Source of the DNA: Candidatus Latescibacterota bacterium
GTDB lineage: Bacteria > Latescibacterota > UBA2968 > GCA-2709665
Direction: 5' to 3'
Assembly (NCBI GenBank): GCA_963667175.2
Contig: CAXXXF010000016.1
Span: 1-64,000, forward strand
DNA: 64,000 nt
The notes under the pieces are model-generated. The model was not told the DNA's origin. It saw nothing but the letters and a program-made list of their open reading frames with translations, and ran no database searches. A program made the position numbers and the translations under genes. Of the stretch, positions 29,742-38,641 are shown in pieces; the first letter of the stretch is position 1, and each line of letters opens with the position of its first letter.

Positions 29742-30856
29742 TTCCACCGACCATCACCTACCTGAACGACATTTACTTCGGGTTCGGCGCGTCGGCCATT
29801 CTGCCGGATCTGCTATCTGAGCTCGGGGTTCGCCGGCCACTGCTGGTAACGGATCGGAGTCTGTCCGTTCTGGGTATCCCGAAACGCATCGGGCTCGGCG
29901 AAGCGCCGGTCTACAGCGGCGTAAGGACGAATCCCTCGGAACGCCAGGTCGTGGAAGCCGCGCATCGGTACCGCGTGGAGAGGTGCGACGGAATGGTCGC
30001 CGCCGGGGGCGGTTCGTCCATAGACCTCGCAAAATGCGCCGGTATTCTGATTGGACACGGCGAGCCGCTCGCATCGTACGCAACGCGGGTGGGCGGCACG
30101 GCGCGAATCAAGGGCCGGATGCCGCCGGTCGTCGCCGTTCCGACCACGGCCGGCAGCGGAAGCGAGGTGGGCAGAGCCGCTCTCGTCACCCTGTGTTCAG
30201 GCGACAAGGTGGGCTTCCTGAGCCGATTATTGACGCCGTCGGCTGCGGTTTGCGACCCGGAACTGACGCTGACGGCGCCGCCGCATGTGAGTGCCGGCAC
30301 CGGGATGGATGCGATATCGCACTGCGTGGAGACCTTTTGCAGTACGCGGTGCAACCCGGTCGCGGATGCGATTGCACTGGACGGGCTGGAACGCGGCTGC
30401 CGCCACGTTGCCGCCGTGTTTCGTAACGGGAGCGACAGGGAAGCCAGGAAGGGAATGATGATGTGCGCGCTGCAGGGAGGCCTGGCATTCCAGAAGGGCC
30501 TGGGCGCCGTGCACAGCCTCAGCCATCCATTGGGATCCCTGGACAGATCATTGCACCACGGTACGCTGAACGCCCTGTTTCTGCCTGCAGTGCTGAGGTT
30601 CAACGCCGGTTTTTGCGGGGAAAAATTGAGTGCGATGGCCCGGCGGCTGCGGCTCGACAAGGGCTCCGATCTGCCGGACTATTTCGAGGCATTGAACCGC
30701 CAACTGGGGCTGCCGTCGTCGCTGTCGGAATTGGGGGTTACCCCGGAAGAGCTGGAACCGCTCCCGGCGAAGGCGGCGTCGGACCATTGCAGCCCGACAA
30801 ACCCCAGGCCGCTGGATGAAGCGGCGTGCCGGAATCTGTACCTGTCTGTTCTATAG
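29738..30856 (+). CDS. Iron-containing alcohol dehydrogenase
   Basis: GGGSSIDLAK, PTTAGSGSEVG, GMDAISHCVE, HSLSH, HHG; ATGA overlap with the upstream gene. Confidence 0.92.
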   Translation: MIPPTITYLNDIYFGFGASAILPDLLSELGVRRPLLVTDRSLSVLGIPKRIGLGEAPVYSGVRTNPSERQVVEAAHRYRVERCDGMVAAGGGSSIDLAKCAGILIGHGEPLASYATRVGGTARIKGRMPPVVAVPTTAGSGSEVGRAALVTLCSGDKVGFLSRLLTPSAAVCDPELTLTAPPHVSAGTGMDAISHCVETFCSTRCNPVADAIALDGLERGCRHVAAVFRNGSDREARKGMMMCALQGGLAFQKGLGAVHSLSHPLGSLDRSLHHGTLNALFLPAVLRFNAGFCGEKLSAMARRLRLDKGSDLPDYFEALNRQLGLPSSLSELGVTPEELEPLPAKAASDHCSPTNPRPLDEAACRNLYLSVL

Positions 30857-30889
30857 GGGGATTTTGAGACCGCTTCATTGGGGGAAATT

Positions 30890-31741
30890 ATGGCGAACGT
30901 CGCACGGGTGGACGAATCCGGTTTGATCGAGGCATTCGAACGTGACGGCTACGTGGTCATGAAAGCGTTTCTGGCGCCGGACGTGATCGAAGGGGTACGC
31001 GGGGAACTGGATGTTCTGGTCGACCGGGAGGCGGAGCGGCTGATGGCCGCCGGAAGAATAACGGACGACTTCAGTGATGCGCCGTTCGAAACCCGGATCG
31101 CACGGTTATTTGAACACTGCATGGACGTTGCGCCAACGTCGTTCCGCCCCGAATTGCACGGATCCGGGTTATTCGATCTGTTCTTTCATCCGCAACTTCT
31201 GGACGTTGTACAATTGCTCCTCGGGCCCGAGATCAGGCTTTATCCGAATTACACCGCACGCCCCAAGTTTCCGGAGTGGGAGGGAACGCTTGTCCTGTGG
31301 CATCAGGACGGGGGATACACGGCGCAGGCGGCCGATGGCGTGGCGTCTCTCAGGATGGTGAACGTCTGGGCGCCCCTCGTGCCCGCAAGAGTAGAGAACG
31401 GTTGTATGCAATTTGTGCCCGGGACGCACAAACTGGGTGTTGTGCCTCACGAAAAGAGGGAGTATTACCTGGAGATCGCGCAGGAGGAGCTGGACCTGCG
31501 CCTGGGACGGGCCGTCTCCATCGAAGTGGACCCGGGGGACGTGGTCCTGTTCCATAACCTGATGTTTCACTGCGGTCTGCCCAACATGACCCGTTCGGTG
31601 CGCTGGAGCATGGATTGGAGGTACCAGGACGCGACCCAACCCACGATGCGGACGCACAGGGGGCACCTGGCAAGGAGCGCGAAAGAGCCGGAGAATATCG
31701 TCGCGAACCGGGAGGAATGGGCGGACCGTGAGTTCCAGTAA
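30890..31741 (+). CDS. Phytanoyl-CoA dioxygenase (PhyH) family Fe(II)/2-oxoglutarate dioxygenase
   Basis: FERDGY, WHQD, NGCMQFVPGTH, GDVVLFH..FH, R.S.DWRY. Confidence 0.92.
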   Translation: MANVARVDESGLIEAFERDGYVVMKAFLAPDVIEGVRGELDVLVDREAERLMAAGRITDDFSDAPFETRIARLFEHCMDVAPTSFRPELHGSGLFDLFFHPQLLDVVQLLLGPEIRLYPNYTARPKFPEWEGTLVLWHQDGGYTAQAADGVASLRMVNVWAPLVPARVENGCMQFVPGTHKLGVVPHEKREYYLEIAQEELDLRLGRAVSIEVDPGDVVLFHNLMFHCGLPNMTRSVRWSMDWRYQDATQPTMRTHRGHLARSAKEPENIVANREEWADREFQ

Positions 31742-31823
31742 GACGTACCGCCGAACGCGCCGGCAGGAAGGCGGTCAACCGATCGAACCACGCGAGGGAA
31801 AGAACACCGGGCGGACGGTCTAA

Positions 31824-32046
31824 CAGCCCGTTGAAGAAGACCATCCGGGCTACGTCCGGCCCTTGTGACCGAATGACGGCGTTGCGCTCGCTCCCCGAAT
31901 CCAGGGATTCGCGTCGGTCGCCTGCCTGTGCGTGTCCGCCTGCCTGCCGAGCACGTCTCGGCGCAGGCAGGCACGCAGACAGGCGCGCCTTGTCTTCGGC
32001 CACTATGACTCGGCCTTGCCTGCAGAGCGACTTTTCCAACGGACTG
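31824..32046. mobile_element. MITE-like family A, copy 3 (full length, with a nested 63-bp insertion)
   Basis: TIRs CAGCCCGTTGAAGAAGAC / GACTTTTCCAACGGACTG; flanks CTAA/CCAA; nested palindromes at 31921-31983. Confidence 0.85.
31921..31983. repeat. Nested CCTG...CAGG palindromes (33-bp unit inside a 30-bp unit)
   Basis: CCTGCCTGTGCGTGTCCG[CCTGCCTGCCGAGCACGTCTCGGCGCAGGCAGG]CACGCAGACAGG; absent at the same site in copy 1. Confidence 0.85.
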
Positions 32047-32098
32047 CCAAAAGTCGGCGAAGTCCATTTGCCGCACTTGCGCCGGGACCTTCCGGGAG

Positions 32099-32914
32099 CT
32101 ACAGGCCCCGGATGGCGTCATATAGAGACAGTACGAAACCGGCTCCGGTGATCAGGAGGAGGAGCAACGCAACCACGACGGTGAGGCGGCCTTCACGCCA
32201 GCGAGCACTCGACACCAGGAGTCGCGACGCGATCCATCCCCCGGCGAATCCACCGAAGTGGGCCCAGTTGTTGACGCCCTGCATGAGAAAGCCCAAAATG
32301 AAGAGCATGATCGCCCATTGCCACACCTGACGCGTCATCAGCGACGCGAGATTGGTCTTCTGGCTGCGGCCGTAGACGATGAGCGCGGCCAGAAGTCCGA
32401 AGATCGAACCGGAGGCGCCCAGCGTGGGGTTGCCGGATCCGGCGTTGGACAGGAGAAAGCCAACGACGCCGCCCGTTGTAAAGATGATGAAATACCGTGC
32501 CGGACCGTAGAGATTGCCGACTTCCGGGCCCAGTTGCCGGATCCAGAGCACATTGAAGAGGATGTGGAACAACCCGCCGTGCAGGTAAATGGCCGTGAAC
32601 AGGGTCCACCACGGGCCGTTGCCGTAGGTCATGCCCAGGGCGACCATTGGAAACTGACCGGGCGAAAGCATGTTGAAAAAGCCGCCCCTCAGTGTCAGGG
32701 CCGCGTCCAGGTCCAGGAGCAGGCTGAGCACGTAGAGGACGATACACGCCGTGGGAATCAGGGTCAGAACGTCGATTTTCGAACCAAAGAGCCGGCTCAG
32801 GGCCGGACCGAGTCCCCACAGACCCGGTCGGTAGGCGCCGCAGTACGGGCATTTCTTTTCTTCTGTGCTGATGAGGTTTCGGCAGTCCGGACAGACCATC
32901 GACGTAGGCGGCAT
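32099..32914 (-). CDS. Rhomboid intramembrane serine protease with an N-terminal zinc ribbon
   Basis: CPDC..CPYC; WTLFTAIYLHGG..HILFN, GASGSIFG (catalytic Ser), NNWAHFGG (catalytic His). Confidence 0.92.
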   Translation of the reverse strand: MPPTSMVCPDCRNLISTEEKKCPYCGAYRPGLWGLGPALSRLFGSKIDVLTLIPTACIVLYVLSLLLDLDAALTLRGGFFNMLSPGQFPMVALGMTYGNGPWWTLFTAIYLHGGLFHILFNVLWIRQLGPEVGNLYGPARYFIIFTTGGVVGFLLSNAGSGNPTLGASGSIFGLLAALIVYGRSQKTNLASLMTRQVWQWAIMLFILGFLMQGVNNWAHFGGFAGGWIASRLLVSSARWREGRLTVVVALLLLLITGAGFVLSLYDAIRGL

Positions 32915-33034
32915 TTTGTCCCTCGCCAGGAAAGATCGACTACAGTCACAGGGTGAGAACGCGGCGTTGCGTTTCTCAAAACCTTCGTCGCGTACAGCGT
33001 TCCCATTTCGACGTCGCCGCGCCGAAGGGTTCCC

Positions 33035-34216
33035 TCAGGTGTCACCGGGGGTTGCGCCGGAACGGCGGAATCCGGTGGAACCATTGAGCCCCCATTGATC
33101 GAGAATCAGCGACAGCCCCGCCAGAAACCGCTCCATATCTGTTTCCGACGTGTGTCCCATCGCGGCGATCCGGATGGCCTTCTCCCGCATCGGGCCGTAC
33201 CCCGGCGCGACCTGGACGTTCAGAAGGCGCTTCGCCGCGTGAGCGACTTCCGACGCCGGGACGGATTCGGGCATCAGGATGGCGGTGACCGTGGGGCTGT
33301 AGAATCCCGGTTGCGCGAGCAGGTCCAGGCCGTGTTTTCCTGCCCAATCCCGCTGCATCGTCGCGAGGTTCCGGTGCCTTTCGAAACGGGCTTTTCCTTC
33401 GTCCAGCATCTCCTCCAGACGGGCGACCAGGCACTGTAACATGAGGTCGGAAACGGTCACCGGCGTTTGCGCGGTTTCGGCGCGGGATTGCCACTCGATC
33501 AGGTCCAGCACGTACCCGCGTCGTTTCGTGCGGCGTGCGGCCTGGAACGCGCGGTCCGAGACGATCATCACCGAACCGATGGCGGGTATCGCGAAGTCCT
33601 TCTGAAGGCTCCAAAGATAATAGTCCGGCCGCAATGCGCCAATGTCCAACTCGACCGCCCCGGCGATACTCACCCCGTCGACGGCGATTAACGTCTCCGG
33701 CGCGTACCTCTGCGCGTCCTCGCAGAGGGTATCGAGGGGCAGCGCAACCCCGGTCGCGGTTTCGTTGTGTGTCAGCAGCGCAACGGAGTAGCCGCGCCGC
33801 ATCGCCTCCCGCCACGTATTGGATCCGATTCCGTGCCCCCACGGAGTCTTCAGCACGTCGACGGTTCGGTCGAGCCGCATGAACACACCCGCCCAGCGGG
33901 CGGAAAATGCGCCTATGTCGAGACCCAGGGCGCGATACGCGGGCGGTGTGTTGACCGCGACCATCTCCCAGTTGTAGCTGGCGGCGTGTCCGAACACGAG
34001 AGGCGTGAATGTTTCGGGAACGTGGAATGCTTCGCGCAGAAGATCCACCGCACGGACGTATACGGACTTGAAGTCGGTTGAACGGTGGGAAAACGTCGCC
34101 CGGTAGTTCCTCAGGACCCGCTCGACCGCAGGCGTGAGGGCGTGCGGCCCCGGGGTCCAGAGGGCGGTGTCCGGCAGGCGAAGGCAACTGAATTCGTCGC
34201 GCGTATCGGCTTTCAT
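33035..34216 (-). CDS. Class V PLP-dependent aminotransferase (serine-pyruvate/alanine-glyoxylate-like)
   Basis: TPGP, SHRS, HNETATGV, VDGVS, SLQK (PLP lysine), SPTVT, IRIAAMG; ATG at 34216 with GAGG RBS. Confidence 0.88.
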   Translation of the reverse strand: MKADTRDEFSCLRLPDTALWTPGPHALTPAVERVLRNYRATFSHRSTDFKSVYVRAVDLLREAFHVPETFTPLVFGHAASYNWEMVAVNTPPAYRALGLDIGAFSARWAGVFMRLDRTVDVLKTPWGHGIGSNTWREAMRRGYSVALLTHNETATGVALPLDTLCEDAQRYAPETLIAVDGVSIAGAVELDIGALRPDYYLWSLQKDFAIPAIGSVMIVSDRAFQAARRTKRRGYVLDLIEWQSRAETAQTPVTVSDLMLQCLVARLEEMLDEGKARFERHRNLATMQRDWAGKHGLDLLAQPGFYSPTVTAILMPESVPASEVAHAAKRLLNVQVAPGYGPMREKAIRIAAMGHTSETDMERFLAGLSLILDQWGLNGSTGFRRSGATPGDT

Positions 34217-34261
34217 CGGGGCGCCTCGGACAACGAATCTCTTGGGTGGCCGACACAAAAT

Positions 34262-34299
34262 AAGAGCGCCCGCTAAACGGGCAGGTTTAACGGGCTTTC
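34262..34299 (-). terminator. Hairpin/terminator downstream of tRNA-Gly
   Basis: Minus strand GCCCGTTAAAC-CTGCCC-GTTTAGCGGGC followed by GCTCTTATTTT. Confidence 0.4.
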
Positions 34300-34311
34300 G
34301 CGTACAGGAAA

Positions 34312-34386
34312 TGGAGCGGGAAACGGGACTCGAACCCGCGACCCCAACCTTGGCAAGGTTGTGCTCTACCACTGAGCTATTCCCGC
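34312..34386 (-). tRNA. tRNA-Gly(GCC)
   Basis: GCGGGAATAGCTCAGTGGTAGAGCACAACCTTGCCAAGGTTGGGGTCGCGGGTTCGAGTCCCGTTTCCCGCTCCA; cloverleaf with encoded CCA. Confidence 0.98.
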
Positions 34387-34418
34387 TCCCAATCATCTGA
34401 GACGTCAGGCGGAGTGAA

Positions 34419-34447
34419 AAATTAAGCAAAGGACTGCCGGATGTCAA
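34419..34447 (-). promoter_or_regulatory. sigma70-like promoter of tRNA-Gly
   Basis: TTGACA-N17-TAATTT. Confidence 0.65.
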
Positions 34448-34583
34448 GGCATAATGCGTACACTGGGCGCCCGGACCGAACGGGTATCGGGCTCGGAAAG
34501 CACCTCCTGTACACAAGCAATCGAATCGTCGTCGTCGGAGGCAGAGACAGCCAGGTGTAACGCGTGATGAACACGCGTTTGAG

Positions 34584-34612
34584 TTGACTTTCACGCTAAC
34601 GAGGCGCATATT
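34584..34612 (+). promoter_or_regulatory. sigma70-like promoter of the second hydantoinase pair
   Basis: TTGACT-N17-CATATT. Confidence 0.45.
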
Positions 34613-34728
34613 TACGATCCGCCAGGCAGGGGTCCCCGCCCGCGTCGAATGAATGGATTGGCGCGTCGCCGGATTCGTGCCGACTGGTACTGCGATTGCC
34701 GTGGTTGGTCTGAATGGAGCGAGGTGGA

Positions 34729-36816
34729 ATGGTCGAAGAGCGGTACGTCCTGGCAATTGACATCGGCGGCACGTTCACGGATCTCGTTCTTCTGGAACGC
34801 CGAAGCGGTCGGCAGGCGGTTGCCAAGGTGCCTACGACCTATCCGGACCCTTCCGATGCCGTGCTGAACGGGATCGACTCGGTACTGGATTCCAATAACG
34901 TAGAGGCCGTTCAACGCGTCATTCATGGAACGACGCTGGTGACCAATACGCTGATCGAACGCAAAGGCGCCCGAACCGGGCTTGTCACCACGGCCGGATT
35001 CCGGGACGCACTGGAAATCGGGAGGGAAGGTCGGTACGACATTTACGATCTAGGGCTGGAATTGCCCGAACCGCTGGTGGAACGCAGATTGCGATTCGGC
35101 GCGCCCGAGCGGATGAACGTCAGGGGAGACGTGATGAAGCCTCTGGATGAGGCGTCAATACACGACGCGTGCAGGTTGTTTCTGGATGAATGCGTCGAGG
35201 CGGTTGCCATCTGTTTTCTGCATGCGTACGCCAATCCGGAACACGAGCGGCAGGCGGCGCGGATTGTCCGGGATTCGATGCCCGAGGCTGCGGTCTCGGT
35301 CTCACACCAGGTGTCGCCCGAATTGAGGGAATACGACCGGACGTCCACGACCGTTGCCAACGCTTACGTTCAACCGCTTGCCCGGCGGTACCTGGCGGGA
35401 TTGTCCGAAGGCCTGGCGTCGAAGGGAATCGTCGCTCCACTGCATATCATGTTGTCCAACGGCGGGGTCTGTTCAGCGGAGACCGCCGCTGCCTTTCCGG
35501 TACGTCTCGTGGAATCCGGTCCGAGCGGCGGCGCGTTGTCCGCCGCCTATTGGGCGCGCCGCTCGGACCGACAGGACGTGCTTGCGTTTGATATGGGCGG
35601 AACCACGGCAAAGGCCGTGCTCAGCAGCGACGGCGGGTTTCCGGTCACCAACGAATCCGAGGTTGCGCGCGTCTATCGCTTCAAGCGCGGCAGCGGGTTG
35701 CCGCTCCTCGTGCCGGTGCTGGACATGATCGAGATTGGCGCGGGCGGCGGCAGTATCGCGCATATCAACCGGATGGGCCTGCCGGCGGTCGGTCCCGAAA
35801 GCGCGGGATCGGTTCCCGGCCCTGCCTGCTACGCAAACGGCGGCGAAGCGGCCACCGTCACGGATGCCGATCTGTTGCTGGGCCTGCTGGATCCCGAATA
35901 TTTCCTGGGTGGAGAGATGGCGCTGGACGTGGACCGCGCCCGGCGCGCCGTTCAACGGCTGTCAGTGCGACTTGGCATGGACGTGAATCGGATGGCCTGG
36001 GGCATCCACAGAATGGTGAATGAGAATATGGCCAATGCCGCACGGGTTCACGCGGCCGAGCGGGGAACCGATATCCGGGGCTATGCGATGGTGGCCACCG
36101 GGGGCGCGGGACCGGTACACGCGTGCGGCGTCGCCGAACGGCTGGGCATCGCCACCGTGATCGTGCCGCCCGCAGCTGGCGTGAGCTCGGCATTCGGTCT
36201 GATGCTGGCTCCGATTTCATTCGACTTCGCGAGGAGTTACGTCTCGCGGCTCGTTGCGCTGGATTACGTGCGGCTGAACGGCCTGTTCGAAGAGATGGAA
36301 AACGAAGGCGAGGGCGTCTTGCGAGAGGCCGGCGTGGCCCCCGCTGAGATGCGGATTGAGCGCACTGCCGACATGCGCTACGTGGGACAGGGCCACGAAA
36401 TCCGAATCCCGATTCCGCCCGGCAGGTTGGATTCCGATCGGCTGGACGAGATTCGCGCGGGTTTCGAAACGGAATACACACGTAAATATACACGCACCTG
36501 CGAAGGCGTTGAAATCGAGTCCGTCCACTGGCGGGTCCGGATGTCTGCGCCGGAACCCGATCCGGGCGACGTTGAGACCGGCCCCGTGGCGGCCGATGAC
36601 GCGAACAAGGCCGTTCGCGGCGTTTTGTTCAACGCGGAGCAGGCGCCCGAAGAGACGCCGGTGTTCGACCGGTACCGGCTCGCGGCAGGTTTCTGCGCGG
36701 CGGGTCCCGCAATCGTGGAAGAAGCCGAGTCGACGGCCGTCGTGCCTCGCGGCTGGGTGATCAGCGTGGAAGATTGCGGCAACCTGATTCTTACGCGCCG
36801 GGAGGGTTCGCGATGA
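34729..36816 (+). CDS. Hydantoinase A/oxoprolinase family protein
   Basis: IDIGGTFTD, HGTTLVTNTLIERKG, REYDRTST, ESGPSGG, DMGGTT, GAGGGS, GPESAG..PGPACY. Confidence 0.94.
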   Translation: MVEERYVLAIDIGGTFTDLVLLERRSGRQAVAKVPTTYPDPSDAVLNGIDSVLDSNNVEAVQRVIHGTTLVTNTLIERKGARTGLVTTAGFRDALEIGREGRYDIYDLGLELPEPLVERRLRFGAPERMNVRGDVMKPLDEASIHDACRLFLDECVEAVAICFLHAYANPEHERQAARIVRDSMPEAAVSVSHQVSPELREYDRTSTTVANAYVQPLARRYLAGLSEGLASKGIVAPLHIMLSNGGVCSAETAAAFPVRLVESGPSGGALSAAYWARRSDRQDVLAFDMGGTTAKAVLSSDGGFPVTNESEVARVYRFKRGSGLPLLVPVLDMIEIGAGGGSIAHINRMGLPAVGPESAGSVPGPACYANGGEAATVTDADLLLGLLDPEYFLGGEMALDVDRARRAVQRLSVRLGMDVNRMAWGIHRMVNENMANAARVHAAERGTDIRGYAMVATGGAGPVHACGVAERLGIATVIVPPAAGVSSAFGLMLAPISFDFARSYVSRLVALDYVRLNGLFEEMENEGEGVLREAGVAPAEMRIERTADMRYVGQGHEIRIPIPPGRLDSDRLDEIRAGFETEYTRKYTRTCEGVEIESVHWRVRMSAPEPDPGDVETGPVAADDANKAVRGVLFNAEQAPEETPVFDRYRLAAGFCAAGPAIVEEAESTAVVPRGWVISVEDCGNLILTRREGSR

Positions 36817-38549
36817 AGTCTGCGGAAGAGCTGGATGCAGTCCTCCTGGAGGTGTTGTGGAACCGGCTCATCTCCATCGTAAACGAACAGGCCGCGGCAT
36901 TGATGCACGCTTCGTTTACAACCGTGGTGCGGGAAGCCGGCGACCTTTCCGCGGGCATTTTCAACCGTGGCGGTCATATGGTCGCGCAGGCGGTAACGGG
37001 CACGCCGGGTCACATCAACACGATGGCGACATGCGTCCGTCATTTCGCGAGAGCCCATCCAATAGACAGTCTGAAGCCGGGCGACAGCCTGCTCACCAAC
37101 GATCCATGGCTGGGGTCGGGGCATTTGCACGACGTCACCGTGGTCACTCCCGTCTTCCATAGAGAAAAGGCCGTGGGCTGGTTCGCCAATACGTGTCACG
37201 CCATGGATATCGGCGGACGGACGCTTGGCGCCGACGCGCGCGAGGTCTTTGAGGAAGGCCTCCATATACCCATCATGTTCCTGTTCCGTGGGGGCTCGGT
37301 CAATCGCGATTTAATGGAAATCGTACGGGCAAACGTCCGCACGCCGGATGCCGTTGTTGGAGACCTCTACGCGCAGCAGGCAGGAAACGACGTGGGCGCC
37401 GCCAAGCTCTCGGAAATGATGACGGAATACGAAATGGAGGACATCGAGTCGCTCGCGTCACTGATACTGGACCGTTCGGAAGCCGCCACGCGCGATGCGA
37501 TCGCGGAGATTCCCAACGGCACGTACCGGGATGAAGTCGTCATCGACGGCTTCGATCATCCGCTGAAGATCGAGGTATCCATCGGTGTACGGGACCGGGA
37601 GCTTGTGGTGGACTACGACGGCACGTCGCAGCAGGTGGACCGCGGCATCAACGTAGTCTACAATTATACACACGCCTATACAACCTATCCGCTCGCGTGT
37701 TCAATCAGTCCCTCCGTTCCGAATAACGCCGGCAGTTTCCGACCCGTCACGGTGACGGCCCCGGAGGGCAGCGTACTCAATGCCAGGTTTCCATGCGCCG
37801 TCGGCGCCCGGCACCTGATCGGGCACTTTCTCTCCCAGGCGGTATTCGGCGCGTTGTCCGGCGCCATTCCCGAGCGGGTGCTCGCGGACGGTTCGGCCGG
37901 GCTCTGGAACACGCAGCTGGAGGGCCACGACCGGGACGGACGCGTGTTTTCCTACGTCTTTTTTTCCGCCGGCGGCATGGGCGCGAGGCATGCCGCGGAC
38001 GGGTTATCCGCCACGGCCTTTCCCAGCGGCATCAAGGGAGTTCCCGCCGAGGCGATCGAGGCGGTGTCACCTGTACTGATGCTGAAGCGGGAGCTGCGTC
38101 CGGATTCCGGCGGCGCGGGCAAGTACCGCGGCGGTCTGGGGCAGGAGATGGTGCTGAGCATGGATACGGACACGGCCGTGTTGCATTCGTGTATGTATGA
38201 CCGCACGAAGAGCCCGGCGCGCGGTTTCCGGGGGGGAGGCAACGGCGCCGTTGGCGCGGTGATCCTTTCGGACGGGTCCCGGCCGCATCCGAAGGGAAAA
38301 TACGAACTGAAGCCTGGACAGACCGTCACGCTCAGGCTTCCGGGCGGGGGCGGTTTCTTCTCTCCCATGGCACGCGATCCGAAGCGGGTGCTGAACGACG
38401 TACGACAGGGGCGGGTGTCTCCGGAAGCGGCCCGAGAGGTGTACGGGGTGGTTGTGGACAGCCTGACCCGAGAGGTGGACGCCGCCGCGACCGAAGCGGT
38501 CAGGGATGCCTCCGCCGGCCCGGAGGACACAACGGGTTCCGCGCCGTGA
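36813..38549 (+). CDS. Hydantoinase B/oxoprolinase family protein
   Basis: LEVLWNRLISIV, REAGDLS, TNDPWLGSGHLHD, EEGLHIP, DSGGAGKYRGG, PGGGG; ATGA overlap. Confidence 0.93.
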   Translation: MKSAEELDAVLLEVLWNRLISIVNEQAAALMHASFTTVVREAGDLSAGIFNRGGHMVAQAVTGTPGHINTMATCVRHFARAHPIDSLKPGDSLLTNDPWLGSGHLHDVTVVTPVFHREKAVGWFANTCHAMDIGGRTLGADAREVFEEGLHIPIMFLFRGGSVNRDLMEIVRANVRTPDAVVGDLYAQQAGNDVGAAKLSEMMTEYEMEDIESLASLILDRSEAATRDAIAEIPNGTYRDEVVIDGFDHPLKIEVSIGVRDRELVVDYDGTSQQVDRGINVVYNYTHAYTTYPLACSISPSVPNNAGSFRPVTVTAPEGSVLNARFPCAVGARHLIGHFLSQAVFGALSGAIPERVLADGSAGLWNTQLEGHDRDGRVFSYVFFSAGGMGARHAADGLSATAFPSGIKGVPAEAIEAVSPVLMLKRELRPDSGGAGKYRGGLGQEMVLSMDTDTAVLHSCMYDRTKSPARGFRGGGNGAVGAVILSDGSRPHPKGKYELKPGQTVTLRLPGGGGFFSPMARDPKRVLNDVRQGRVSPEAAREVYGVVVDSLTREVDAAATEAVRDASAGPEDTTGSAP

Positions 38550-38641
38550 TTCGGGGCGCCGGGATGCGCTGTTGCATTTGATCGGAACTTTAAAATATCC
38601 CTCAAAGTGATTGGAAGAAAACTGGTTATATAGGGAATTCA

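Noticed and set aside
15199-32046. Possible CRISPR or tandem repeat array
   Set aside because: The repeats are dispersed kilobases apart with no repeat-spacer periodicity, and there are no cas genes.
34217-34756. N-terminal extension of the 573-aa aminotransferase ORF
   Set aside because: It reads through tRNA-Gly and its promoter; homology begins only at ATG 34216.
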